The notes: generated from the sequence alone by a model not told the origin. DNA of 64,000 nucleotides from Octopus vulgaris (GCA_951406725.2 OX597815.1:197160001-197224000); one strand, 5' to 3'; positions 14,269-29,546 are shown, numbered from the stretch's first letter. Numbers and translations: made by a program.

Positions 14269-14909
14269 CGACAAACGATTAATATACCTCAACTTTAGAA
14301 TAAAAGAAATACATACACAAATATTACATTCCAAAGAATCCATTACTTATCAGCCCCAATCACAGCTATAATCCATAACATGCCAACTTCAAGTCATACA
14401 ACACCTCACTACTTTCACCCATTCATATTCTCCCTTCTCTGTTTTCTTCTTCTTCCTCTTCTTCTTCATCATCATCATTATCATCATCATCGTCGTCATC
14501 ATCATCACCACCATCATCATCATCATCTTCTTCTTCTCCTTCTCCTTCTTCTTCTTCCTCTTCTTCTTCTTCATCATCATCATCATCAACATCGTCATCT
14601 TCTTCTTCTTCTTCTTCTTCTTCTTCTGCTCCACCTTCTACCTCTTAACTTTATCACTAATGCTTTTTAGTAAAACACCTACGCAAATTCCATAAACAAA
14701 CCTCTCAATAGAAATATTCTCCTGAATTGAACTGCAACTGCTAGCCGTCACTGACCATTCAAACTACAACAATCAAGGCACTCCCAAATTTTTCCACCCC
14801 TCTCCTCTTCAGCCTTCTTCTTCTTCTACCCTACCAAGAATTCACAACGACTTCGAACACACAAGTGCAAACAAGGGAGTCAGAGAAAGGCAGAATGCCA
14901 CTTATATTT

Positions 14910-15512
14910 GAACAATTCGACCCCGGGACGTATTATTTTTAGCCTAATACTTATACCATCGTTATCGTTTTCGGGTCGCTAAGTTACGGGGACGTAAACA
15001 TACAAAGTCCGACTGTCAAGCGGTGATGGAGGGACAAACAAAGATAAACGCAGATACACACGCACAAACACACAGATATGTATATGTATATACATATATA
15101 TATTAATAAAGGGAATTCCAACCTTGTCTGATTTTCACGTTTTATTTACAATCTTATAATGATATAATATAAGATAATATAATAAAATAAAATAAAATAA
15201 AATAATAGAATGTTAAATGTTCATTCTGATTGAACTAGTACTTTCATGCATTAAATTCTGCAATCTTCAGATTCATATAGTAGTGGTGACAGTCATGCTT
15301 CACAATTTTTGACTGTAGCGAGATGATTAAATCTGTGCCTTAAATACACGATGGGCTTCTTTTAGTTTTCGTCCACCAAATACATTCACAAGGTTTCTGA
15401 TTGTCCCTCCCGAAGCTATAGTAGAAGACACTTGCCTAAGGTGTCACACAGTGAGACTGAACTCGGAACCATGTGGCTGGGAAGCAAGTTACTTATCACA
15501 TAGCCACGCCTA
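14910..15512 (-). mobile_element. Group C SINE (OK-like), old copy interrupted by an insertion at ~15104-15345
   Basis: Homologous to 21221-21676 on both sides of the insert. Confidence 0.8.
15231..15275 (-). ncRNA. Minimal type I hammerhead ribozyme motif
   Basis: Minus strand reads TGAAT-CTGAAGA-T-TGCA-gaatttaa-TGCA-T-GAAA-GTAC-TA-GTTCA, with palindromic stem III AGTACT. Confidence 0.72.
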
Positions 15513-17375
15513 AGTGCTTATAGCGTCTAACTCCGTGCTTATGCGTGTGCCTGTAAATCTAAATTTTGATTCATAATGTGTCAGATTATCTTTTGAAATA
15601 CAATGTATACAAAGGCCTTCCTTTGGTTCGGATTTTGAAATACAACTTAGTCTACAGCGTTATTAATCCACTGCTACTGTATCATTATTAATGAAAAAAA
15701 TTCTGTGTAATGACTATTTCCATTTGCTCTTTTTACATGGTTTCTCTTTTAGCATGATTTTAACTATAATGAAGTTCGTAATTTTCGAAATGAAATGGCA
15801 GAAATACTGCTTGAGAAAATTTAAACATGATAGGTTACGTATATTGATTTAAGAGCACATCCCTTTGCTCCTACGATATATACATGGTTAACTAAAATGT
15901 AAAATAAGTTGAATCGCGTTAATAAACTGACACTGAATCAGTGTTAAATGTTAAATTTAGTTTGTTGTTTATCTTTCATTTTCTACACCTCTGCATTGAC
16001 GTACTTCATCAAAGTTGCAGAAATTGGCTGTTCACCAAGCAACGAACACTGCAGATGCTCGGAGAAAGAAAACGTTTTTGTCTCTAGAGAATGATTAACA
16101 ATTTTTAAATCCAATTACCAAAACAATTATCTGGCTCTCAGAGTACAGTATTTTCGGTACTTTCTATATATCTATCGACCCGTTGATCATTTTTATTGGT
16201 TCTCAAGATTACATATACGTTTATGATATTGTTCTGTTTGAACGGCTACACTACTTGGTTTGTGTGCACTGAAAGAAAACATATGCCACGATTATACACA
16301 CAATCTCTAGACACAAAGGTATACTTGTAATGTTACAAAGTGTGAAAATATTGATATTTCATTTTTGGTGCAGTCGATTTGGTAATATGATAAAAGTAAA
16401 TATGAAGCACATACATAATTGATTATATTAAGTAACAAATATATCCTACACGAGATAAAGAAATATAATTTTCTTATGCCTCTCTTCCGTACGTCTCTAT
16501 ACCACTTTTCTATGAAACATTTGAATGAATTAGGTCGTTGGAAGCTAAATGCATAACTATAGATGATGCGTAATACCCACGTGAGTCACGGGCAAGTCAG
16601 TTGTCTTCTAGATGCCTCAAAAATATCTTGATTGAATCAAGTGGTATTTCAATAAGATTTCAGTGAATAAATAGGCTCTTAGTATCTACAAATTCACGAA
16701 TGTCGTTCAAAATTTATATTTCTCGGCTGTAAGATAGTAACATCAAGCTTAAATTGAATTAGATATAAATTATTCAGTTTATAATATTCTATAAATAAAA
16801 AGGAAGATATAGGTTAAACGACGTTCCGAAAGCTCAGATTTTAACAATTATTGTGATGATACTCGCCATAGGACAGTAAATATAAATTAACCAATAAATA
16901 TAATTTGATCAGAAATACTTAAATATAAAATAAACGATATAAACTCCTGGAGTGGTATACTTAATTGTTCAATATTGCCATTGTATGAAAAGATTCCCGA
17001 AATCTTTCGTTTAAAACGAACGACTGAAGAGAGATTTAAGGAAACGAATCTACTTAATGAATGATGATTAAAGACAATTAGACGAATAATTTATATCTCA
17101 GGAAGACTACTAAATAAGAGTAAGTTTCAATTACCGTCCATTTTATGACCGTTGTAAAAAGCAATTAATAGTAATACAGAATGCTTACCGTGAAAACAAC
17201 GAGAAGGCATGTGGATATAAATCTCTCCAAGTTTATCTCTGTCTCTCCTTCACCGTCTACATATACACACATATCTATCTATATAAAGCCATCTGTAAAT
17301 CAATGAATATATTTATACACAAACACACACACACACAACCATATATATATATATATACACACACATATATATGTA

Positions 17376-17411
<36 letters not shown>

Positions 17412-17685
17412 CACACACACATACATGTATATTTATATATATAAATATGTATGTATTTATGTGTATATATATAAGTGTATGTACACGTATGTATATGTAT
17501 ACATACGTATATATATATTTATATACGTTTATATTCATACGTTTACATAGACATACATATGCATATATATGTATACATATATATATATATATATATATGT
17601 GTGTGTATATATATATATGTGTCTGTCTGACTCTCTGTCTGTCTGTCTCTCTGTCTCTCTCTGTCTCTCTCACTCTTTATATATA

Positions 17686-18829
<1,144 letters not shown>

Positions 18830-18913
18830 AAGGTTCTTTTAATATACTGCCACAATTCCTGATGGAGTTTTTTTCTGTAGAGAAACAGGCTACATCCCTT
18901 TTAATAGTATATA

Positions 18914-18981
<68 letters not shown>

Positions 18982-19109
18982 TGTATATATATTTGTACGT
19001 ATATGTGTGTATGCATACATCCGACCCATATAAATAGATAAACGAACAAGGAGTTAAATTGAATAAAAAATTGTGATTGTATTATGTGTTTGAGAAAATG
19101 TGTATACTA

Positions 19110-19290
19110 TATGAAGGGAAGCTGAAAAGTACTTGTTTTTTGAGTAAAAGAAAAATACAGGAGGATCAATTAATTATGATTTTATTCAACGTATTCCTCT
19201 ATCAGATACATAGACTTATGGCAGCTGTCCTTCAGTTTTTCTTAGTCCTTTTAAAAGAATTCTGAGGTTTGGACCTCTAATCAGGCTTTT
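19110..19290 (-). mobile_element. Mariner 3' end remnant
   Basis: Minus strand (with a frameshift) gives KGLRK/LKDSCHKSMYLIEEYVE*, followed by TIR-like TATGAAGGGAAGCTGAAAAGT on the plus strand. Confidence 0.6.
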
Positions 19291-19442
19291 CGTGATGCTC
19301 TTCCTCGTATATGATGATGATGATGATGATGATGATGAGGAGGAGGAGGAGGAGGAGGAGGAGGAGGAGGATGGTGATGATGATGGTGATGATGATGATG
19401 ATGATGATGATAATAATAATAATAATAATGATAATATCAATA

Positions 19443-19496
<54 letters not shown>

Positions 19497-19500
<4 letters not shown>

Positions 19501-19912
19501 CCGCTGACAAATGTTATAAACACCATCCTGAAGCTGTGATGGAAGGAGAAAATGTGTCGATTCTATGGGACTTCCCCGTACATACTGCAAAACTGAAAAA
19601 GCTAATAAACCGGATATTGTTATAATAGATAAGACAAAAAAAGGTGTGTTTATTAATTGACATGAGTATTCCTTGCGATCACAATATAGCGGCGAAACAA
19701 TTTGACAAGATGAGTAGATATAAAGACTTGCTAATAGAAATTGAAAAAATGTGGCATCTCAAGGCGACTACAGTACCAGTGATTGTAGGATCTCTAGGAA
19801 TGATAAAAAAAGTTATTGAAACCTATTTGAAAATGATTCCAGGCTTACCATCCCTACAGGAAGTGCAAAAAATCGTGGTAACTGAAAAGACTCATGTACT
19901 GAGAAGAGCATC
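19497..19912 (+). mobile_element. R4/Dong-like non-LTR retrotransposon, restriction-like endonuclease domain
   Basis: ILWDFPVHT..ANKPDIVIIDKTKK/VCLLIDMSIPCDHNIAAKQFDKMSRYKDL..VPVIVGSLG..LQEVQK..HVLRRA (PD-D-K RLE motif); abuts an (AAT)n array. Confidence 0.88.
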
Positions 19913-19967
19913 TATTCATGAATATATTGATTTATTAACACACACACGTACACACACACACTCACTC

Positions 19968-20002
<35 letters not shown>

Positions 20003-20384
20003 AACACACACACATGATGGACTATATGCTGGAGATTTACCTCCCCAATGGCGATCTAAGCAAGGGTACGTTGTGCACCAGACGCCAACAGAAGTGGTAG
20101 TATATTCAAGCTGAGAAAACAGTGTCACGTTTAAAGAGATATCTTGAGGAAGATGTTTTTGTTTCAAAGACAGGAAGTGCTAATGATTGTGAATTGGTAA
20201 AAGCCAGCGGTAAATTTCATATGGGAATCAGATACCAGAGAAAAAAAGCCTAATGATTGGATACTAACGAGTATCGTGATACGCAGTGTTTTGGGTCAGG
20301 GAACCTGAATGAGGTTGGTGTGAGGTGGAGAGTAAAGTACATATATCTGCGTGAACTCGATTATTCTTTTACTCTCTTTTACGA

Positions 20385-20425
20385 TGCTGGTGGGACAAAT
20401 GCAGGCACACAAATACGCACAGACA

Positions 20426-20457
<32 letters not shown>

Positions 20458-20645
20458 TACATATATAAACGTATACATATATACGATAGGCTTCTTTCAG
20501 TTTCCGCCTACCAAATCAACTCACAAGGCTTTGATTGGTCCGAGGCTATATTAGAAGACACTTACCCATGGTGTCACGCAGTGCGACTGAACCCGGAACC
20601 GTGTGGTTGATAAGCAAGCTACTTACCACGCAGCCACTCTTGCGT
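20385..20645 (-). mobile_element. Group C SINE, 5' half
   Basis: Homologous to 21400-21676. Confidence 0.85.
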
Positions 20646-21220
20646 GTGTACATATATCTATACGATTTCGTCTGAAGTAATGTGTGTGTATGCGTTTGTA
20701 TTTGTATGTGCGTGCGTGGTGTGTGTGTATATGTATTTGTATATATATATGTATATGTATGCATATACATGTATGTATGTATATATGGATATGTATCTAT
20801 AACTATGTATATGTATAAGGAGAGGAAGGGTGAGAGAGAAAGAAAGAGATATATAGATAGATAAATAGAGAGAGGAGAGAGAGGGAGAGAGAGAGAGAAC
20901 AATATTGGTGTTAGTCATGCTCGATACGCTTCTAGATTAAAACTTCAGCACGTTGGCGCCTCTTGGGCAGTTATCGTCGGTTTCACTGATGAAGAATATT
21001 TTTTGCCCTTTATCAGTTTCCTTACTCCTTTGATTTTCTTTCCGACCTTATATCTAATATAGTATATCGATATTTCCATTTTCTGTCGATACAAAACTAG
21101 CTTTCTCTCTTTGAGTATCCGTTCTCCTGCTCAGCAAGGAACTGTTTGCAAAAGGTCATAATTTGTGATGTTTCTTGTGAAACAGATTTGTTATCTATTC
21201 TCCTGTATGCTTTTTTACTA

Positions 21221-21441
21221 TCTTTTACTCTTTTACTTGTTTCAGTCCATTTTACTGTGGCCATGCTGGAGCACCGCCTTTAGCCGAACAAATCAACCCC
21301 AGGACTTATTCTTCGTAAGCCTAGTACTTATTCTATCGGTCTCTTTTCCCGAACCGCTTAGTTACGGGGACGTAAACACACCAGCATCGGTTGTCAAGCG
21401 ATGTTGGGGGGACAAACACAGACACACAAATATGCGCGCAT

Positions 21442-21508
<67 letters not shown>

Positions 21509-21676
21509 TGCGACGGGCTTCTTTCAGTTTCCGTCTACCAAATCCACTCACAAGGCTTTGGTCGGCCCTAGGCTATAATAGAAGACACTTGCCCAAGGTG
21601 CCACGCAGTGGGACTGAACCCGGAACCATGTGGTTGGTCAGCAAGCTACTTACCACACAGCCACTCCTACGCCTAT
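21221..21676 (-). mobile_element. Group C tRNA-derived SINE (OK-like), full length with internal (TA/TG)n
   Basis: Minus strand has AGGAGTGGCTGTGTGGTAAG A-box region, GGTTCAGTCCC B-box-like, CORE-like CCTTGGGCAAGTG, and tail GGCGGTGCTCCAGCATGGCC..ACTGAAACAAGTAAAAGAGTAAAAGA. Confidence 0.9.
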
Positions 21677-21888
21677 GCACGTAAAATGTTTGCACATGTT
21701 CCCCAAGAAATCTATTATGCCGTCATTTTTAACAAATCTTTTGTCTGGACTTATATATACTATGACCATCATTAAGTTTCGATGCATTCCCCTTATTCTT
21801 ATATATTCCCTTTGTTGACAAACATCATGTATAGTGTAACAAAACAGACTATGTTTTCATAAACGTCAGTTGTGACTTCATAAACTTC

Positions 21889-21951
21889 AAAGGCGGTGCT
21901 CCAGCATGACCACAGTCAAATGACTGAAACAAGTAAAAGAGTAAAAGAGTA
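21889..21951 (+). mobile_element. Isolated 3' tail of group C SINE or its partner LINE
   Basis: AAGGCGGTGCTCCAGCATGACCACAGTCAAATGACTGAAACAAGTAAAAGAGTAAAAGAG. Confidence 0.85.
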
Positions 21952-22931
21952 ACACTTGTCCTGATGTTGTCGTTCGTTGTTATTTTATTTTTTGTTATCT
22001 TTGAATTTTGAGTCTTCTTTTTAGATGATTGTTTGCTTAAAAATAGGTATACAATTCTGATTTTCTTTTACTGTATCTGTTTACAGCTTCTTTTGTTCTC
22101 TGTTGTCACTGACATCATATTTATGTTATATTTCTTGTTATTTCATCCTTAAATTTTATGAGCTTTTCCATAGCTCGTATTTCCTGCACACATACACATT
22201 GTTCCGGTTTGATTGGTAAGCATTATGATGTTGCCAGGAACATGAAATACAGAACTATTTCGTCTCTCTCCCGAAAAGTATTAAATCATTTTGGATTGAA
22301 TATTATATCTGCGTGCTTCTATTATACAACTTACCTCTCTCATGACGTATGCTGAAACGATTGTAGAGCTGTATTTGGAATAGTTGACTCTTTCCTCTAA
22401 AGTTCCATTTGTTGCTTACCCAATGGTTTGGTTTTCCCACTTCTTTCCTTACTTTCATGATGCTAATTCTAACTGTTTTCATCACCATTGAACTAGGTAA
22501 AGGCCCGTTGTTTTCGCTATCAGTCTTTACGTTATTAATTGTCTTATTCTGAGAACTGAACTGTGTTTCCATCTAGATGAGTTTATATCTGTCATTTTTG
22601 ATATATCTTATTCCTATCCATTTTTTTTTTTTTGTTATACTTTATTCCTGTAAAATTTTGTTTCTTACCATTTTTAAAGTGACTGTTTTACACATTTATT
22701 TTGTCAGATTTTTGCATCCTGCAGTATTTCATCTTTTCTTTTATGACGAAATACTCCCTGTTTCCACATATTTTTCTCATCGATTTTTTTTTTCTTCGAC
22801 ATTTTCATTAAAATCTCTCATTATAATTTGTTTTCAAATATGTTTTAATTAATCCTACGATGTTCTCGTAAACATCAACATACACTTTGCTCTCTAATTT
22901 TGGTGTCACATAGACTTGAATTATATCAGTA

Positions 22932-23326
22932 CTAGCAATATAGCCCGAGTTTGCTGGGATTTGTTTTCTTTTCGACCCTTTAGAATTGGAATTTTTGAAA
23001 AGTAAACATGTTTCATTATGTAGCTTGTTATTCTCTTTAAGTGAACATTTTTCTGGTTGAAATACACCGAAAAATGGCGACACAGCAGTCGAAAAATCGT
23101 AAAAAATAAGGATTTTCATAGAAAAAAGTATCTTTTTTATGTAAATAATTTTTGGTCTTAACATGGTCCGATTTGAACTTTTTCTTCTACAGAATGAAGA
23201 GCAAGCCTTCTTCTATCATACTCCCAAATTTGGTCAACTTGGGCCGCAGGATCTCGGAGGCGATAGTGTTAGTTAAAGGCTACCAAACCTGCCACACACA
23301 CACAACTTCAGCTTTATATATATAGA
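22932..23326 (-). mobile_element. Non-autonomous Helitron
   Basis: Minus strand starts A|TCTATATATATAAAGCTGAAGTTGTGTGTG and ends CCCAGCAAACTCGGG (imperfect hairpin)-CTATATTG-CTAG|T; AT target with no TSD. Confidence 0.85.
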
Positions 23327-25824
23327 TTGTGTCTGTTAATATTTTATTTTCCGTTGTGACCTTTGGGTGATGTTCTCTTCAGCATTTACATACATAATCA
23401 TCCATAACTCTATAACGAATCAGAGCCAGTTTGGCTTCCATTTTTCATATACATATAGTAAAGGTGACATCCATTTTAGTTCAAATTACTTTTATCCAAT
23501 CTTTCTCTAAATATACATATATCCTAGTTTAGGTTTTCAAGTTCCCCGCCGAAATCCTGAAATTAGGTCACATCCAGTGGTTATCTGATATTACATTTTC
23601 ATGTTTGGTAATCAACCCAGGAGTTTTAAGCAATCTTGTTCTGAATTCGACATGGCTCCATAGTACATTACATAAACCCTACAAACTTGAGGTCGCTCAG
23701 CAATGGTAATGTAAAATAACCAGTCCTAACTCGTGAATTGCATTTTAATGGGATTTTTTTAAAACCCTGACTGTGGCAATGAGACTGATACAGAAAGGTG
23801 CTCGACCGATATGGTTATCACAAGAGGAAATGTCACGGGGCCCAGCTGGAACTCTTCTGGGAACATTATGCTGCGATATGATTAATTTCAATATATGTTT
23901 AATATACTGTTGTGAATAGTTCAGGGACAGTACTTCTTGACCTACTTTGCTCGGTTTGTAGTCTGGAAGTCTACGGTGTAAAGTTATAGTCCTTTGTTCT
24001 GCCATGTTCTGGAAAGAGTAACGACTTAGGAAGTGACATTTTGGCCCCTACGGTCAGGGAAAGTTCAAGAAACCACCCTTTAAGATGCGACGCGCTGTGA
24101 GCTTGTAGTCAGTCGAGGACAGAGCAAGTGAGTAACAGGTTGTTTCTGCTGTGATAGATGAAGGACAGGCAGAGGGGAATAAGGAACTGAGAGAGATTGC
24201 GACGAGAGGGCTTGGCAATTACAGTAGTAATCGTCTGAAATTGTTGCAGACGGAAAGGAACGTCCGGTAAAGATTTGTTTGTGTCTTTTGGCTGTTGTTG
24301 ACGGTATGTGTTTAATTATGTTTTGATATGTGAAGAAAAAGAAGGAAAGAGTAAAAAGAAAGAACAGTGCTGAAGGCTGAAATGCTAAAGAAATGAGACT
24401 GTAAAGACATTGTGAATTAAGGAAAAAAGAAAAGAGTTGTTGAAATGTAAAAGAAAGTAGAATAATACTTTGTAGGACTTTGAACTGTAGCGTGTATTGT
24501 TGTTTTGATTTGTAACGTGAATTATTTGTCTATGAACACTGTATATTGCATATGCATACTGTTGATTCTGTTGCATGTATTTTCTTTGATTTATTTGATT
24601 TGTTGTATACCTGTTGTTTTCTTTAAATGTATTTGATGTTGTAATGATTGTCATAAACTAGTGTTAAATGTAGCCAATTGCCTTCCGCCGTATCTCTGTG
24701 TCTCTTCCTACTGTTTGTTGTTGTTGTTGTCATATCTCCGGTCGCCGACTTCGCTGCCATTCCCCCACCGAGTCCTCTCTGTGTGGCGAGTTCTCCGTTC
24801 GACTGAGCCTGGTCAAGCGTCGTCGCTCGACTTGGTAGGGTCCCGGGTTTTTCCCGAAGAGTTTGAGCGACGGCAGGTGGGATTCCGTAATAACTTTGGG
24901 ATTCCCTAACAATACTGTAAGCATATACACAGATGTTCTATTAATTATAATTTCATAGGTATCATATCCATTAAACTTTCTCTATGCAAACACATAGGTT
25001 CATTCATACACATTCAATTATGAAATTATTTATCTAAACGTGCATAGGCACTGGGGTGTTAATTCGTTCGTATACGAGAAGTTGCACATGCGCAAGAGAG
25101 ATAGGCGTGAAGAGGGAAAGAAAACATCAGAGTGAACTAATTTATAAATATTGCATTTCTTCAACCGAAACGCTGAATGATAAATATATCACTTTCATAA
25201 ATTTGTTCTTTTCAGCTTCCTTTTGTAAATCAAGTGAACATTTTTTTTCAACCAAATGATTAGGATGTTAAGAGTTTAGACATCAGATCTATATGATATC
25301 TAAGGTAGGTCATATTAATTATCGACGGCGTCGACAATGACTACGAGAATTCCATTGACGATGGTGTTGCTGTGGTTGTTGCTGCTAGTTTAGCCAATGA
25401 AGCCAGTGTTGAATCTCAGGGCATATAATATTATATCTTATCGTACTCAAGAACGTAACTGCTTTTAAAATAACTGCTCTCTGTTTCCAAACTTAATTAA
25501 TACATAGGGAAAAATAATTTCAATCAATTCAAGTTACCTTTGATGTGGAGATAATGAGACGTGCACTAAATTTAAACAAATTTGTTCAAAGCAAACGGGC
25601 CACAACTCCGGAATTTTAATTAATTAAAAATTAAATTACGCATGCAATAGGGAGATGAAAATATTGAGGATGCATTAATACTGATATAGTTTAATCGGTA
25701 AGAAGCACGTAACAGCTCCAAGTTTGGTACAATTTCAATACGCCTACGCAGCGAAGTTCGAAATTTTTCTGTTTATAACGATCTATCCAATATATGCAAA
25801 TATGCAATAATAAATCACCACTAC

Positions 25825-25859
<35 letters not shown>

Positions 25860-25960
25860 CACACACACACACACAACACACACACATATACACACATGTA
25901 TATATACATGCACACGCACACACACATACACACACACACATATATATATATATATCATAC

Positions 25961-26039
<79 letters not shown>

Positions 26040-27193
26040 AGCACACACATATACATACACACAACTCAATCACAAAACACACACATACACAAATACACAC
26101 ACACATAGGTACACAGATTGTTATTATTCAGAGCAATTTTCAACTCACCAACACCACTGAAATAATATCTAGCTAGAATCTATTATCTCTCTTTCAAATC
26201 ATCGTTTGACACGGTGATAATAATTTTCAAAGTGATCCTCAGAATGGAAAAACTCACAATCCAACTAAATTACCATTTATATTTGGGATTAAAGAATTGT
26301 CTACGGGGCCAGTGATGGAGTCTTAACAGGTCACATTTTCTCCTCAAAATAATACACAATCGTCTTGAAAGCAAAAGCAAAAGGACATATTGGATGATGT
26401 AATTCTTATTACACAATGCACAAATGGACGACATTATATCTTTGACAAAAGCGCATATGTTTGTAATACAATACAGGCAGTTATATTCTGGAAACAAAGA
26501 ATAATAACAGCAGCCGTTCAAGAATTTGGACCTGGAGATCTCCATTTCCAGCGACTTCGGGGGCCACCTCCCAGTGGTGTTGGGCGTCAACGAAGAGCGC
26601 TCGACTACAACAAGACGACCAAAGTTTTTTTTCCAAGGTCTGGGGTCTCCCGCCCCTAAGCCCTATACCATCCCCTAATCAACCTTACCCGTCTTTTTTA
26701 TTAACAACAAAACAACAACAGCAGCAACAACAATATATACCTAACATTGTTTAGGTGAAATGACTCAGGGATCTCGCAATGACGATTTTTCTTACGTTGG
26801 AAATTCAGACTGCACAATATTGCTAGAATTATAACATCTACATATCTGCTATACTGTAACGGAAAGACAACGGCTAATGCCGCGATCTATAATAGTTGTA
26901 TTCATATGATGAAATTATATGAAAGAAGGGACGCATCGTGCGTTTTGTGCAAGAAATATTCGCAGTAATTTTAGTGAATACCTCTTGAAATATTAATAGT
27001 TATCGCCAAGCTAACATGGCAGTCCAGATAAATAGGATGAATGCTGCCGTTGATTAGCTCCAAGAGGCTATCGCCTCTAGCTAGCTATGTGACACATAAA
27101 ACTGTGTCCATTATAACCTTCGAGCAGGGTTATAATAGACAAATTTTGAAGTGATTCACTTCAAAATTTGATACTGATTAGAAGATCGAAAAT

Positions 27194-27237
27194 CCACCTG
27201 AAGATTGTCGGTAGCAGACATGAAACATTTGTAGTGG
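27194..27237 (+). ncRNA. Minimal type I hammerhead ribozyme motif
   Basis: CCAC-CTGAAGA-T-TGTC-ggtagca-GACA-T-GAAA-CATTTG-TA-GTGG. Confidence 0.75.
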
Positions 27238-29546
27238 CGGTTTATTTAATTTATATTAAAATTTTATGTATTGATTAAGTCTTTCCTTGTTTGGTTTTAA
27301 AATAGTGGTTTTGTCTCGAATTATATTATATAATATTTTACTATAAAATTGGATTTAACCCTAAATCTGATTTTTTCCCTGTAATTTTGGATTCATTCCC
27401 TAATATATTATTATTATATATATATATATATATATATACATATATATATTTAGTTTTGGACAAAGAAACATAAAGGAACGCAGTGTAAATAACGGACGGA
27501 GTTAAGTCTATTGAAAAGGTTGCAAGACGCAAGTAACATTTTAGGAAAATAAAAATAAGAAATACGTGAAAATTTTACCGTTGAGTGTGTTAAATTATAA
27601 GGCACAAAAAGAAAATGACTCTCTCCAGACGCAACAGCATATATAACATAAAAAAATATCTGAGCAAACTATGGGGTATTTAGTCGTTAGTGTAAATAAG
27701 TTGAAAAATTTTGCCACTGAGTTTCTTGTGAGTGTGATCGTGATCCTTTGCCCATGTCTTCTATGTGTGAATGGGAAATTCACGAATGATTGCTGTATTT
27801 GTTTGCAGCATTTAGTTCGAGCGCACGTCTCCAAATGTATGACGTTCTCGTGATTCGTTTCACGTAAATAAAAAGTGTTGTAGTTCACTTGCCAGTTAAT
27901 GGAGTTATAATAATCATACTTTTCCCCGGTTAATTTGGCTTCTATTTTATAAGTAATGCTAACACTTCATGGAATACTTAGTTGTCTTTTCTTTTTTCTT
28001 TTTTTACATATTTCACGGTGATTTCATCACGTTATCTATAAATCCCATTTACATTATAAACTCCATTTTGATGCAGAAAAGTGCACCAGTTTACATTTAC
28101 ATGTATTTCGTGTATTTTTCAGTTTGTAAGTACGTAAATGTTTTATAGAAACAGAAACACAGAAAACAAACAAACAAATATTAGCCAGTTAAGAGAGAGC
28201 ATAATCATAACATATTTAAGAGAAAAATTGTTATTTCCACAAAAATTGATAAACGAATATAAAGAAAAGAGATAAACGCAATCTAAATAAACCAGTGCAA
28301 GCAAACAAGCATGATTATCCTGTAAACATTGTATTGTCTCAGCTTCTTCAATATAAAAACATAAAATCATATAAAACGTTGCTGCCTAATCTACTAAGAG
28401 GAAATTTAGTTTCTCTGCTTACTTAGATGTAGCCTAATTGTATTTTCGTGATCTAGGTCAGCCACAGTAGAAAAATCTATTCTTTGCATCTCCCTTGTTT
28501 TTGTTGGTTATGTGTTCAGCTTTTTTTTTTTATGTCTGAAAAATCTCTCCATCGTTCTCTTTTTATTTTTTAACTATGTCTCAAGATATATATTTTCTGT
28601 TTGTTTTTCCCCTTTATTCGTGCTATCGATAAATCAAATGTTTATCTACCACATACTATGCTTGTTTATCTGCTTTCATTTAACGTTATATAGAAGAAAG
28701 GTCAAAAACATATCTGAGATGGAGTAGAAAACATAACGTTTGTCCCACATACTCAAGTGTGAAACACTGTAAGCAAGATGTAGAGCTATAAAACACGAGA
28801 GGGAAATGAAAAACAAATGGAACAGGATATAATGAAAAGTGTTTCGGTCGTATTACTAAATATAGCGTATATCATGTATTTAAAAAAAAATAATTCTATA
28901 AAATAAAATACAGATGCATTTTCAAAAATGTATACGTGCACTTAGGGAACCTATTTAATAATAGCCGAATACATATACACATATACAAATAAAGTTTATG
29001 CAAAAACGCACAGATACAAATACGTAGACATTCAAAGACACATTATAAAATAACAAAACAAAGGCATTTTTCAAAAATTCAATACTTGCACTAGGTGAAC
29101 CTACTGAATTAACAAATTGCCGAACGTATTTACACATATAAGAAAAGAGTACACATATATATCATAAACACACACGATTGCACATCAATACTATTTTATA
29201 TATTCATGTCCTTTGAAAATTTTCATTTACCGAGTTCTATCAATTGACGTACTTAATTACTATTTAGTTTTTCTTTTAAGAGTAGAATTAATAAATTATT
29301 TTAAAATATGAGCTATTATGGGAAATTTTGAATAATATTGAGGTTTAGTGCGTTTCATTTCTGTAAAGAACATTTTATTCCCCAGCAACTGCATAGACAA
29401 CATAAGGTTAACCGAAAAATTGTAAAGCTTGTTAAACTATATAGTATGTATTATCAATTTTTACCATCATCGAGAGATTCCTTTTTTTAATATTCAAACA
29501 TTTGATCGGTACCAGTTATTCATGCAGAATAACATTTACTTATATA

